This document shows, one piece after another, positions 20,546 through 30,111 of a stretch of DNA of 64,000 bases. The notes below the pieces were generated by a model. The model saw only the letters and a list, made by a program, of their open reading frames with translations, did no database searches and was not told the DNA's origin. The stretch lies in contig CAVTBR010000001.1 in NCBI GenBank assembly GCA_963733055.1, forward strand, positions 1,056,001 through 1,120,000, in the 5' to 3' direction. The translations under genes were made by a program, and so were the position numbers. Origin of the DNA: Candidatus Bathyarchaeota archaeon (lineage in GTDB: Archaea; Thermoproteota; Bathyarchaeia; 40CM-2-53-6). Within the stretch, counting starts at the first letter, position 1. Each line of letters starts with the position of its first letter.

Positions 20546-22192
20546 ATGTCTACACAAGGAATGCAAGTAATGATCCTGAGAGAAGGATCTCAACGTACTA
20601 CGGGAAAGGAAGCGCAGCGGAACAATATTCTCGCCGCGAAAGTAATCACTGAAACCATCAAGACCACACTCGGGCCGGAAGGGATGGACAAGATGTTGGT
20701 AACTGGGATGGGTGATGTGGTGATAACAAACGACGGAGCTACCATAATGAAAGAGATGGATGTTCAACATCCCGCTGCAAAGATGCTTGTTGAGGTAGCG
20801 AAAAGCCAAGACAGTGAAGTGGGCGATGGCACGACCACCGTCGTCGTTCTCGCCGGCGAACTCCTAGCGAGGGCGGAAAAACTTCTTGACCAAGAAGTCC
20901 ACGCGACCGTCATCGTTGAAGGTTACAAGAAGGCATCTCAGAAAGCTCTGGAGATCCTCCAAAACTTATCAATTGACATACAGCCTGACGACGATAAGAC
21001 GCTTAAGCTCATCGCAATGACCTCGATGGGAACCAAGGCAACTGTAGGAACAAGTGAACACCTCGCAACACTTGCCACGAAAGCCATCCGTCAGGTTATG
21101 GAAGAGAGAAACGGCAAGACCACTGCCGACATAGACCGAATCAAAGTCTTGAAGAAAAAGGGCGAAAGCATGGAGGAAAGCGAACTCGTCAGAGGCATTG
21201 TAGTCGACAAAGAGGTCGCGCACCCTCAAATGCCGAAACAAGTGAAGAACGCGAAGATCGCCCTACTCAATGCGAAACTTGAGATTGAGAAAACCGAGTT
21301 CGACGCTAAGATTAACATCAACTCACCAGACCAAATGAAAGGCTTCCTAGACGAAGAAGAATCGATGATTCGCGAAATGACGGACAAGGTAGCAAAGAGC
21401 GGGGCCAACGTCCTCTTCTGCGAGAAAGGCATTGACGACATGGCATTACACTTCCTCGCCAAGAAGAACATAATGGCTGTGAAGAACGTCAGCAGCGGCG
21501 ACATGGAGAAGCTCTCCAAAGCCACAGGCGGAACCATACAAGCCAGCACAAAAGACATACCCACAGAAGGACTCGGTGAAGCAAAACTCGTCGAAGAAGT
21601 CAAAATAGGGGACGACAAACTCATCTACGTTCGCGACTGCAAAGACCCTCACTCGGTCACCGTGATGATCAGGGGCGGCTCCGACCATGTGGTCGACGAA
21701 GCCGAACGATCATTCCACGACGCGCTTTGCGTAGTCAGAAACGCCGTCGAGGATCGCAAGATTGTAGCCGGCGGAGGGGCACCAGAAGCTGAAACCGCCA
21801 AGCAACTTCGCGACTACGCTCTAAAGGTGGGAGGCCGCGAACAACTCGCGATCGAAGCCTACGCCGAAGCAATGGAAGCCATCCCACTCACAATAGCTGA
21901 AAACAGTGGACTCGACCCAATTGACATAATGGTCGAACTTAGATCAAAACACGCAAACCCAGAAAACAAATGGTTTGGCGTCCAAGTCAAGACCGGCAAG
22001 ATCGCTGACATGCTCGCAGACAACATAGTCGAACCACTCAGGGTGAAACAGCAAGCGGTCAAATCCGCCACAGAAGCCGCCTGCATGCTCCTGCGGATAG
22101 ATGACGTCCTCTCCTCAAAAGGCATGAAGGAAGGCGGACCTCCAGGAGGCCTCGGCGGGATGCCGGGAGGAATGCCCCCGGGCATGATGTAA
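20546..22192 (+). CDS. ths: Thermosome (group II chaperonin) subunit
   Basis: TNDGATI, GDGTTT, GGGAPE, LLRIDD, GGM tail. Confidence 0.97.
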   Translation: MSTQGMQVMILREGSQRTTGKEAQRNNILAAKVITETIKTTLGPEGMDKMLVTGMGDVVITNDGATIMKEMDVQHPAAKMLVEVAKSQDSEVGDGTTTVVVLAGELLARAEKLLDQEVHATVIVEGYKKASQKALEILQNLSIDIQPDDDKTLKLIAMTSMGTKATVGTSEHLATLATKAIRQVMEERNGKTTADIDRIKVLKKKGESMEESELVRGIVVDKEVAHPQMPKQVKNAKIALLNAKLEIEKTEFDAKININSPDQMKGFLDEEESMIREMTDKVAKSGANVLFCEKGIDDMALHFLAKKNIMAVKNVSSGDMEKLSKATGGTIQASTKDIPTEGLGEAKLVEEVKIGDDKLIYVRDCKDPHSVTVMIRGGSDHVVDEAERSFHDALCVVRNAVEDRKIVAGGGAPEAETAKQLRDYALKVGGREQLAIEAYAEAMEAIPLTIAENSGLDPIDIMVELRSKHANPENKWFGVQVKTGKIADMLADNIVEPLRVKQQAVKSATEAACMLLRIDDVLSSKGMKEGGPPGGLGGMPGGMPPGMM

Positions 22193-22470
22193 CCGCCCCT
22201 AAGTTCTCATAATATTTCGTCCCGCCCGACGTTTTCCTAAATATCAGCTAAGAAATAGCGAGGATGAGTTGCCCTGGTAGTCCGGTGAGTCTGGAATAGA
22301 GGATTCAAACTCGCTTGGAAGGCGTAAGAAAGTACGCTCTAATGAGCCGTCGCTAGGCTCTGAAGGCTTTATTGTGATAACAGGTACTTCCGAGTAACAG
22401 GCTGATAGTGGGTTCATCCTCTTCTATCCTGAGCGTTCGCTTTGTAGGTGCTTAATTTAGAGGGCATTTA

Positions 22471-22623
22471 CTACAATATACGACGTCCTTGAAGTAGTCT
22501 AACTATTATCACTATGACCGCGATTACGAGCAGTATGTTGATCAGAAATCCGCCGATACCGGCAACGAGTCCAATTAACCAGAGAATCACAATGGCTACG
22601 ATTATGGCCACTAATAGGTCCAT
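22471..22623 (-). CDS. lmo0937/DUF5670-like small membrane protein (not in ORF track)
   Basis: MDLLVAIIVAIVILWLIGLVAGIGGFLINILLVIAVIVIIVRLLQGRRIL matches the family pattern LWLLG...GG.I..LLVIA...R..QGRR. Confidence 0.75.
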   Translation of the reverse strand: MDLLVAIIVAIVILWLIGLVAGIGGFLINILLVIAVIVIIVRLLQGRRIL

Positions 22624-22895
22624 CAACGATTCGCCTCAGGACGCAACATAGTTGAATTGCGCTACATATCTATATCGATAAAATTGCCACACGCAAGAAC
22701 CTATGTAGGTTGCGGAACGGGAAAATAATGTAAGAAGAATTACAATTGTTCGAAGGAATGTCTCGCCGACGTTGGGGTACGTGCTGGGTATCATACTTAC
22801 GATAAATGGGTGTCTCCTCGTGAAGTGAATCATAAGCTACGTGGTGGCGCGGAGACAGCATCTGCCGAATCGGTCGTTGAATTGAATTATTATGC

Positions 22896-23123
22896 TCATG
22901 GAGACTTTTCCTTAGGTTTCTTGGGCTTCAGCCCTGTCCCTTTCCGCTCTCGCTCTTCCTCATCCTGCTCCATTCTATCCTCGTCCTTTTCCTCTTCAGC
23001 ACTCTCATCAGCGCCTTCCCGTCCACGATCCTCCTCCTCTTCTTCATCGCGCTGATCCTCTTCATGCGCTTCTTCACTCTGCGTTTCGTCCCCCTCGTCG
23101 GACTCTTCTTCACTCAATAGCAT
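22896..23123 (-). CDS. Very acidic low-complexity small protein with basic tail
   Basis: GGAGG SD; EEESDEGDETQSEEAHEEDQRDEEEEED...KPKKPKEKSP. Confidence 0.5.
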   Translation of the reverse strand: MLLSEEESDEGDETQSEEAHEEDQRDEEEEEDRGREGADESAEEEKDEDRMEQDEEERERKGTGLKPKKPKEKSP

Positions 23124-23342
23124 CGCCTCCGCCGCATTCCCTACCTTATTCACGCTTGCTCTATCATTAATGGCCTTTTCTTGGAGTCTATTCACCGCTT
23201 GGCATGTCGGTAACGCGCTCATTCTGAAAAGCGGAGTACCAGAACCCGCCGGTTCCTTCCTAGTTCACACAACGCAACGAACTTCTTCCTGGACCGCCGG
23301 CATCTAAATGTAGTCTGGTCGCTTACTGGCCATTGAACCATC

Positions 23343-23510
23343 TTGGGTTGGAAGGAAAGTAAAGTTAGCAGAAAGAGGAGGAAGAAGATTGACTTTGACC
23401 TCACCTTGCTTGAAGACAGATCGAGACGCGGGGGCGTTGGACTAACCCAGGTTAGGAGCAAGCGCAAGAAGAATCGGGCACACACATCCAGTGCGACATC
23501 CAATAGGTAG
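23343..23510 (+). CDS. Putative 55-aa basic mini-protein
   Basis: MGWKESKVSRKRRKKIDFDLTLLEDRSRRGGVGLTQVRSKRKKNR...; TTG start. Confidence 0.35.
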   Translation: MGWKESKVSRKRRKKIDFDLTLLEDRSRRGGVGLTQVRSKRKKNRAHTSSATSNR

Positions 23511-23630
23511 CCGAACGCTCTTCAGAAAGGTTGCTTCCACTGGCAATCCGAAAGAACGCCAAGGCAGCGTTCATTTTTGGGCCACCTCTCGCGGTGATTC
23601 TTGTCCACGCCTGAGGTTTCGCCTTCGAAC

Positions 23631-23867
23631 TCATGCTGTTGAGCCCTCGCGGTGTGAGACCTGTACCTGAACCCGAGAGTGGAGTTTGGACGCCATGTCC
23701 AGGGCTAGGTCCACGTATTTCTTCACCTGCCGGCTCGGGTCAACTGGGACACAGTTGAACTGAACCGTGTCCCGGTTCGTTCCAGAGTCTTTGTCATGGT
23801 GGCTGAACCGTAATACGGTGGTTCCGGACTGTATTACAGTGCGTTCCCTGGCTGAACCTGTCCACAT
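23631..23867 (-). CDS. Hypothetical protein
   Basis: ATG ORF with plausible composition; its stop overlaps the ATG of the next small ORF (ATGA). Confidence 0.35.
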   Translation of the reverse strand: MWTGSARERTVIQSGTTVLRFSHHDKDSGTNRDTVQFNCVPVDPSRQVKKYVDLALDMASKLHSRVQVQVSHREGSTA

Positions 23868-23969
23868 CTACTATCAAAAGTCACGGATTTGCCACCCGCG
23901 CTTTCTCTTCAAACCAAGCTCTACTCCGACATGGCTCTCTTTGTTAGGAATGTTCGCTAGCGATTGGGG

Positions 23970-24251
23970 TTAGGAGATAGCACGGGGATCTTTCTCCTTC
24001 TGTCCGGATGCCCTTTTCTTCCTTCTCTCGTTAAACCGCTGATGGGTCTCCGACTGACGTCGTCCGCCTGACGGAAGGCCTTTGATTATGCGTCGCGCTT
24101 CCTCCAAGCCCGCAAGGAAGCCCTGTATGTATTGCGCGTTCAAATTGTATTGCTCTAGTGGAAGGTTATCTTTTTCCGCTTCCTTCTTGACAATTAGGTT
24201 TTCAATCTTCGTCAGCAAGTTTTTCTTGCGAAAACTGTCTTTCTCGCGCAT
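23970..24251 (-). CDS. Hypothetical small basic/helical protein
   Basis: Helical pattern (YIQGFLAGLEEARRII). Confidence 0.5.
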   Translation of the reverse strand: MREKDSFRKKNLLTKIENLIVKKEAEKDNLPLEQYNLNAQYIQGFLAGLEEARRIIKGLPSGGRRQSETHQRFNERRKKRASGQKEKDPRAIS

Positions 24252-24652
24252 AAGTCACACAAAGGAGAGAACTCTGTGCGATATGAAAACGCTTGCTCAA
24301 AATCGCACTCACCTTCCGTTTCGGAACCAGTTCGGCTGCCTCTTTCAACGAATGGTCAGTTTACTGGAGACAAACGCGAACGCAAAAACATCTTGTGTTG
24401 AAACGGTATAATGTTGGCCGGAGGCGAATGCACTCTTTGCACAAGGTACTCCCGAGTGCAACAACTTGGTTCGACCCGTCTTTCAGAGCCGACCATGTTT
24501 GCGCACGGCCAGCAGATACTATATAAGCCTTATGATATTAATTAATGTTGTGATTGGCCAGGTTAACGATAATGTAACCGGGTCTGAGTGGAGTGGGATT
24601 TGAACTGTGAATCGTATGGCTTGATGAGAATCATCAAGGGGCGTGGAGAAGT

Positions 24653-24853
24653 TTGACTAAGATCTTGAACGCCAGTCACGCTAGGTACTGTTCGAACTGC
24701 GGCAAGAAAGTCGAGAAACACATCCGATTCAAAGGCTATGTATTCTGTTCGCAACAATGCCGGGAATCCTTCACGACTCCACGTGGGCGAGCGAGTGGCG
24801 GAAGGAAGAGAAGAAACTGGCGAGGCGGAAAAGCAAGACGAGCGGCAGGGTAA
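24653..24853 (+). CDS. TRASH/YHS-like metal-binding mini-protein with Arg-rich tail
   Basis: YCSNCGKKVEK...GYVFCSQQCRESF; paralog of 19758. Confidence 0.65.
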   Translation: MTKILNASHARYCSNCGKKVEKHIRFKGYVFCSQQCRESFTTPRGRASGGRKRRNWRGGKARRAAG

Positions 24854-24905
24854 ACCAAATTCGTGGACACTCTCTGAATTGGAGCCCTTACAATTCCTCG
24901 GTCAA

Positions 24906-25220
24906 ATGTTGAGTATGCAAAGAGCATTTGATCCGCACACGCAAGACCTGCAGCCGATCCTAATCCTGGAACATAAGCTCGAAATACCTACTCCGCGCAA
25001 GCATAATGACCAAACATTGGAAGTCCATGATGGCATTGTGAGCAGGCTAATTGAGCAAAGGGAAAGACTGAAGGGCGAAGAAAACTGCCCGAAATGCGGC
25101 CATTACAACCAAGAACTCAAGATTCTGCTTGACGAAATTGACAAATTATCCAAACTGCAAAACGCGGTATCGAAAAAGGGTATACAGCGCATGAGAGAGA
25201 CCGACGAAGCGCGCACTTAG
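24906..25220 (+). CDS. Hypothetical protein with CPKC between two helices
   Basis: Coiled-coil-like helices flanking CPKCGH. Confidence 0.45.
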   Translation: MLSMQRAFDPHTQDLQPILILEHKLEIPTPRKHNDQTLEVHDGIVSRLIEQRERLKGEENCPKCGHYNQELKILLDEIDKLSKLQNAVSKKGIQRMRETDEART

Positions 25221-25465
25221 AATTTCGTTGTGATGATGACAGGCGAGCCGTTAGTTATTTACGGAAGGGAGGTATGGAAAAATCATTTCGGGCGCTTTGA
25301 TTCCGTACTTTGCAAGGCGCGGCTGTGTCCCCATGAGTAGGCAATCAATTGGGCCTTGTCACTATGCCGCGAACATGGAGACAATTGGATCTAGCGAGTG
25401 CTGGAAGATGAAAGAAGGACGCAGGACGGAATTCTGCCTGTAGGTGCTAATGCATTGAGGGTTTT

Positions 25466-25792
25466 CTAGATGAAGTGAAGTATCAGACCCAGCAAGCCGC
25501 CTAACAACACTAAGATACCTCCAATGCCTGCGCCGAGAAAACCAACGACGATCAGAACAATGGCCCACAGTGGTTCAAGGACACGTTTAGCTAGGATAAT
25601 TGCCACTATCCCCAGAATCAAGGGGACGAAAGCGAAGCCAAAAGTCATTCCTACCAGCGGGACGCTGAAGGGGAGTGAAATAGCATGTCCGATAAGTGCC
25701 AGTAGGGTCAAGACTACCAGTAGAATGCCGCCAATGAGGACGAGGTAATAAGCAGCCTTAGACAACCCGTGTTGTTTAACCAAGGATCTCAA
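25466..25792 (-). CDS. Small membrane protein
   Basis: Three to four Gly-rich hydrophobic helices (GIGGILVLLGGLLGLI). Confidence 0.7.
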   Translation of the reverse strand: MRSLVKQHGLSKAAYYLVLIGGILLVVLTLLALIGHAISLPFSVPLVGMTFGFAFVPLILGIVAIILAKRVLEPLWAIVLIVVGFLGAGIGGILVLLGGLLGLILHFI

Positions 25793-26009
25793 TCGAGCTT
25801 GTTGTAGGAGCTACTAGATAGCATTATCTATGCTTCCTCTACGCGGCGATTTTGATCTACCCCCAGTGTTTCAGATTTCGTGCATGTCGAACGTCATGAA
25901 AGTTTTTGTATGCACCGTAGGATTGACGTGTCGGTTCTTTCGAGAGTACGCATAACTTTCTCTCTCCGACGTAGTTCGTCGCTCATGCGCTAAGAGTATT
26001 CTGAACTGG

Positions 26010-26051
26010 AAAAAATCAGGGGTAACTGGGAGCGTATGTCTCCCAAGTTAC
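26010..26051 (-). terminator. Hairpin plus U-tract downstream of the AsnC-domain gene
   Basis: GTAACTGGGAG...CTCCCAAGTTAC inverted repeat followed on the minus strand by TTTTTT. Confidence 0.5.
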
Positions 26052-26058
26052 TTTCGGT

Positions 26059-26583
26059 TTATGCCTTAACGTTAGGCTGGTACGCGAATAGTGTTTCGCT
26101 TCTCCAGATGCCATCAGTATGGCCTAGTTGTTCGACGGTTGATTTCATTAGTTGCTCATAATTCTGAGCCTTGTAACTCATGATGATGTCGAACTGACCT
26201 GGAATACTCCACGCGTCGTGTATGGCTGGTAGACTCTTCAGTTTCTGTAATACTTCGGTTAATGGTTTGTTGACTGATAGTAAACTGAATCCCCAAACGC
26301 CTTGCGCGTCAAGTTTCTGACCGTTAACGAATCCGTCATTCGGAGTGAAGGTATTAGTTGCGTTGACTCCGTGGATGCTCCGTATCTTGTTGACCATGTT
26401 AGTTAGTTGCTGTGGGTCACTGTTCTTTATTCGCATAATGATATCGTATCTACCGGTCACTGGTGCGCTGAACTCTATCTCGCTGTACTTGCGTAGTTCC
26501 TCAACCACTTGTGGGACACGGTCACGCTGGACCTTGGCGAACACGTAAGTCGGGAACATTTTGTTTGCTTGCATTAATTTCAC
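26059..26583 (-). CDS. Tandem Lrp/AsnC ligand-binding (RAM) domain protein without HTH
   Basis: Two repeats: VTGRYDIIMRI...IRSIHGV..T.T and IPGQFDIIMSY...GIWRSET. Confidence 0.8.
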   Translation of the reverse strand: MKLMQANKMFPTYVFAKVQRDRVPQVVEELRKYSEIEFSAPVTGRYDIIMRIKNSDPQQLTNMVNKIRSIHGVNATNTFTPNDGFVNGQKLDAQGVWGFSLLSVNKPLTEVLQKLKSLPAIHDAWSIPGQFDIIMSYKAQNYEQLMKSTVEQLGHTDGIWRSETLFAYQPNVKA

Positions 26584-26688
26584 CTACTAACTCCAAGTAT
26601 TGCTAGTACCAGTTATACACGTATCACACTTATAACACTTGTTACCAAAAGATATATTTGTAACATTGGCCTAACTCACGCTTTAGTC

Positions 26689-27366
26689 ATGAAAACCGCC
26701 AAACCCACAATATCCGAAACCGTGATCGACCTCATAAGTCGAAACCATCCGGTTAACGAGCACCTCCGGATGGGGCTGATCAACTACCATGCATTAGCTG
26801 AAAGAATCAAGCCTACGGTGGATCGAATTACTGGTAGAGATGTGAATGTTGGTACTATGGTTGTGGTTATCAAGAGGTTTTCCGATTCGCAGTCGAAGCT
26901 TGGGCTACCTCCTACAATGTCAGTTCTTAGAAATTCGAAGATGACGCTAAGTAGTGGAGTGGTCGACGTAACTATCACCCCCAAAAGAGAAGCTTTCATC
27001 AACGAATTGAAGAGGTTAGTAGAACTATCTGCTGAGCTTCACGAACGCCCTCACATCTTTCCGCTTGTAAACTCGATCAAGATAATAGCCGACGAAAATG
27101 ATTATGGAAAACTGAGAACGGCACTGAAGAGTCGATATCCACTAAAACCTCGTCTGAAGGTGGCGAAGATTTCACTACACCTATCCGAGGAAGCGGAGAG
27201 GTCGCCTGGGATCGCAGCGTACATCACTGACTTGCTCTACCGCAATGGAATAAACATCGTAGATGCATTTCTAGGATACGAAGATATTATTCTGATACTC
27301 GATGAGTCTGATGGACCACGAGCATTCGCAGTATTGGAAGACGCAACCGGCGAGGTACGCAAATAA
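26689..27366 (+). CDS. Archaeal ACT-domain-containing protein
   Basis: GLINYHALAERIKP N-terminus and C-terminal ACT domain (PGIAAYITDLLYRNGINIV). Confidence 0.8.
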   Translation: MKTAKPTISETVIDLISRNHPVNEHLRMGLINYHALAERIKPTVDRITGRDVNVGTMVVVIKRFSDSQSKLGLPPTMSVLRNSKMTLSSGVVDVTITPKREAFINELKRLVELSAELHERPHIFPLVNSIKIIADENDYGKLRTALKSRYPLKPRLKVAKISLHLSEEAERSPGIAAYITDLLYRNGINIVDAFLGYEDIILILDESDGPRAFAVLEDATGEVRK

Positions 27367-27397
27367 GCTAATGGGCGTACGTAGCGGTATCAATCCA

Positions 27398-29185
27398 TTA
27401 ATGATGAGTCGCTGAGCCCGAATTTCCGAGTCTATCTCTCAATTTCGAGAGCTCCCTCCACAACGTACCGGGAAATTGTTCTCCGAGGGTTTTGAAGAAC
27501 AATTCAGAGGATTCGATTTCATTCATCCACGCAGTCCTATTGACTTGAAGCAACTCATCGATCGTGTTGCGCGGCAGGCTCATTTCAGCCACGTTGAGTG
27601 AGTCCGGCGTGGGAACGTAACCTATCGGCGTTTCAATCGCATCAGCCCTATCTCTACACCTGTCAAGAATCCACTTTAGAACCACGAGGTTGTGACCGTA
27701 ACCCGGCCAGAGGAATCTCCCATCCTTTCCCATTCTGAAGGCGTTTATCTGGAATATTCTCGGGAGGTTTTTGCTTCTGCTTCGAAACGAGAGCCAGTGT
27801 CGGAAGTAATCTGCAATGTGGTATCCGCAGAATGGTTTCATCGCCATGGGGTCGTACCTTAGAACTCCAACTTCTCCTGCAGCAGCAGCTGTGGTTTCAA
27901 CTTTAAGCATGGCGCCCATCAGGACTCCGTGTTCCCAGCTGAAAGATTCGTAAACTAGCGGAACGAGATCGGACCTTCTTCCTCCGAAGATTATGGCCGT
28001 GATTGGTACGCCATTCGGATTCGTGTACTCCGGGGATAAGGATTGGTATTGATTGACTGGAGTTGTGAACCTTGAGTTTGGATGGGCGGCGGGTCCCCTG
28101 CCTGCCGTCCATACTCTTCCTTGCCAATCCCAAAGTTTCCTGGGATGCTCGCCAATTCCTTCCCACCAGGGAGTTCTGTCCATCGCCAAGGCGACGTTCG
28201 TGAATATTGTGTTCTTCCTGACAGTTTCCATTATTTTGGGGTTCGTCTTGACGTTGGTGTTAGGCGCCACCGCGAAGAATCCACTCTCGGGGTTGATTGC
28301 TCTGAACCTGCCTTCTGAGTCTAGGTGAATCCAAGCTATGTCGTCACTTACCGCCCAGACTTTCCAGTCTTTCATGTATTCCGGTGGCTTGAGCATGGCG
28401 AGGTTGGTTTTGCCGCTGGCGCTGGGGAATGCCCCCGTCAGGTAAGTCACCGTGCCCTCTGGGTCTTCGACTCCTATCACCAGCATGTGTTCAGCCAGCC
28501 ACCCTTCATCCCTCGCCATCACGCTCGCGAGCCTCAAGGCGTGGCATTTCTTGCTGAGAAGCGCGTTTCCTCCGTAGTTCGAGTTCAAACTCATTATGAG
28601 TTTCTTATCCGGGAAATGACAAATGTACCTGCGATGCGGATCCAACTGGCCGGTCGAATGTATTCCCTTCACAAATTCGCCGTCATTCATGTGCGCTATC
28701 GCAACCTTGCCGACTCTTGTCATAATTTCCATATTCACTGTGACATAGGGGCTATCAGTGAGCTCAACGCCGACCTGAGAATAAGGCGAACCCGTCGGCC
28801 CCAGCAGGTATGGGATGACATACATCGTCCGCCCTATCATGCAACCATCAAAAAGCCTTTGTAACTTGGCTTCTCCTGCATCAGAGGGCATCCAATTATT
28901 CGTTGGGCCCACATCATCACTCTTCTTTGTGCAGATGAAGGTCGCTTCTTCAGTTCTAGCAACGTCATTCGGGTTGCTCCTGTACAAATAGCAGTCTGGA
29001 TATTTTTCCTGGTTAAGCTCAATCAGCGTTCCATCCGCGGTCATCATTTTGATAAGAGAATGAAATTCTTCATCGGATCCATTACACCAGACTACGCCAT
29101 CAGGTTTAGTTATTTTAGCAACGGCAGCTACCCACTCGCGTAAGGGCTGCTCAATCCTATAGTCCGGTGGGTTGCGCGTCATCAT
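27398..29185 (-). CDS. pckG: Phosphoenolpyruvate carboxykinase (GTP)
   Basis: DVARTE, YGGNALLSKKC, WLAEHM, FPSASGKTN, DDIAW, AHPNSRF, FGGRR. Confidence 0.96.
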   Translation of the reverse strand: MMTRNPPDYRIEQPLREWVAAVAKITKPDGVVWCNGSDEEFHSLIKMMTADGTLIELNQEKYPDCYLYRSNPNDVARTEEATFICTKKSDDVGPTNNWMPSDAGEAKLQRLFDGCMIGRTMYVIPYLLGPTGSPYSQVGVELTDSPYVTVNMEIMTRVGKVAIAHMNDGEFVKGIHSTGQLDPHRRYICHFPDKKLIMSLNSNYGGNALLSKKCHALRLASVMARDEGWLAEHMLVIGVEDPEGTVTYLTGAFPSASGKTNLAMLKPPEYMKDWKVWAVSDDIAWIHLDSEGRFRAINPESGFFAVAPNTNVKTNPKIMETVRKNTIFTNVALAMDRTPWWEGIGEHPRKLWDWQGRVWTAGRGPAAHPNSRFTTPVNQYQSLSPEYTNPNGVPITAIIFGGRRSDLVPLVYESFSWEHGVLMGAMLKVETTAAAAGEVGVLRYDPMAMKPFCGYHIADYFRHWLSFRSRSKNLPRIFQINAFRMGKDGRFLWPGYGHNLVVLKWILDRCRDRADAIETPIGYVPTPDSLNVAEMSLPRNTIDELLQVNRTAWMNEIESSELFFKTLGEQFPGTLWRELSKLRDRLGNSGSATHH

Positions 29186-29343
29186 GATCTCCTAAATTGA
29201 CCAGTCCTATCTTAAAGCTGAACGTAAGCGTTAGCATCACTTACTCTCAGCAAAACCTAATGCTCTTCCATCCTGTCTCTCGCGAACTCTTATTAACCAT
29301 AAACCAAACCCCTGAATCCAGATCAAGATTGGACACAGGAAAG

Positions 29344-29496
29344 ATGAGAGGAGAACTCACAGGACTTTTGCAAGATATCGACAAACTCTTCGACCTGGTT
29401 GAACGAAGCCTGGGAGAATTCGACAAGAGCCAAGACTTCAAGCAAATCAAGGACAGTGCCAAACAACACATCAAAGAAATCATGAAAGCGGTCTGA
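29344..29496 (+). CDS. Hypothetical small helical protein
   Basis: Amphipathic helices LLQDIDKLFDLVERSL; start trimmed to ATG 29344. Confidence 0.4.
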   Translation: MRGELTGLLQDIDKLFDLVERSLGEFDKSQDFKQIKDSAKQHIKEIMKAV

Positions 29497-29587
29497 ATCC
29501 CTGAGCATATGCCTCCTAATCAGCCCCCAAAAAGGAAACTCATCGACGCAGCTAGAATCATTAATGGCCGAGGCATAATTCCTTCTC

Positions 29588-30037
29588 ATGCGCGCTAAGA
29601 TGAAGTCAGAAGAACTTCGTCAATACTTGGAACAGCCGTTGCTTGCGAGACTAGCTACGAGCGACTCGGGTTGGCCCCATGTCGTTCCGGTCTGGTTTGA
29701 ATTTGATGGAGAGAATTTCTGGATTCCAGCTCAGGCAAAGACAGTGAAAGTCGGGCACGTTAGGAGAGATAACCGCGTCGGCTTGATAATTGATACTTAC
29801 AAGGAACCTATCAGCAAATTCAACGTAAAACAGGTCATGGTCAAGGGAGAAGCAGAACTAATCAAAGATCACGATTTGGAAACTAATCCATCCAAATCAA
29901 GAACAATCAGCATCTACCGCCGGTATCTGGGGAAAGAATCAGAGAATACTGAGCTTGTGTCAAAGCTTTTGACCATTGAACGATATCTAATCAAAATAAA
30001 ACCTGTGCGTATCGTCGCAATAAGCGAAGAATGGTAA
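29588..30037 (+). CDS. Pyridoxamine 5'-phosphate oxidase-like (split barrel) protein
   Basis: LARLATSDSGWPHVVPVWF...K..HVRRDNRV. Confidence 0.85.
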   Translation: MRAKMKSEELRQYLEQPLLARLATSDSGWPHVVPVWFEFDGENFWIPAQAKTVKVGHVRRDNRVGLIIDTYKEPISKFNVKQVMVKGEAELIKDHDLETNPSKSRTISIYRRYLGKESENTELVSKLLTIERYLIKIKPVRIVAISEEW

Positions 30038-30111
30038 CAAAAGTAGCGCCATATCCTTCACTGGCGCGACGCGCCTGACAGGTGCGGAGGCGCAACATGT
30101 TTTAGCCATGT

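Noticed and set aside
28400-28435. PEPCK P-loop FPSASGKTN with Ser instead of the usual Cys
   Set aside because: Conservative change at a non-essential position with all other motifs intact; not enough to claim altered function
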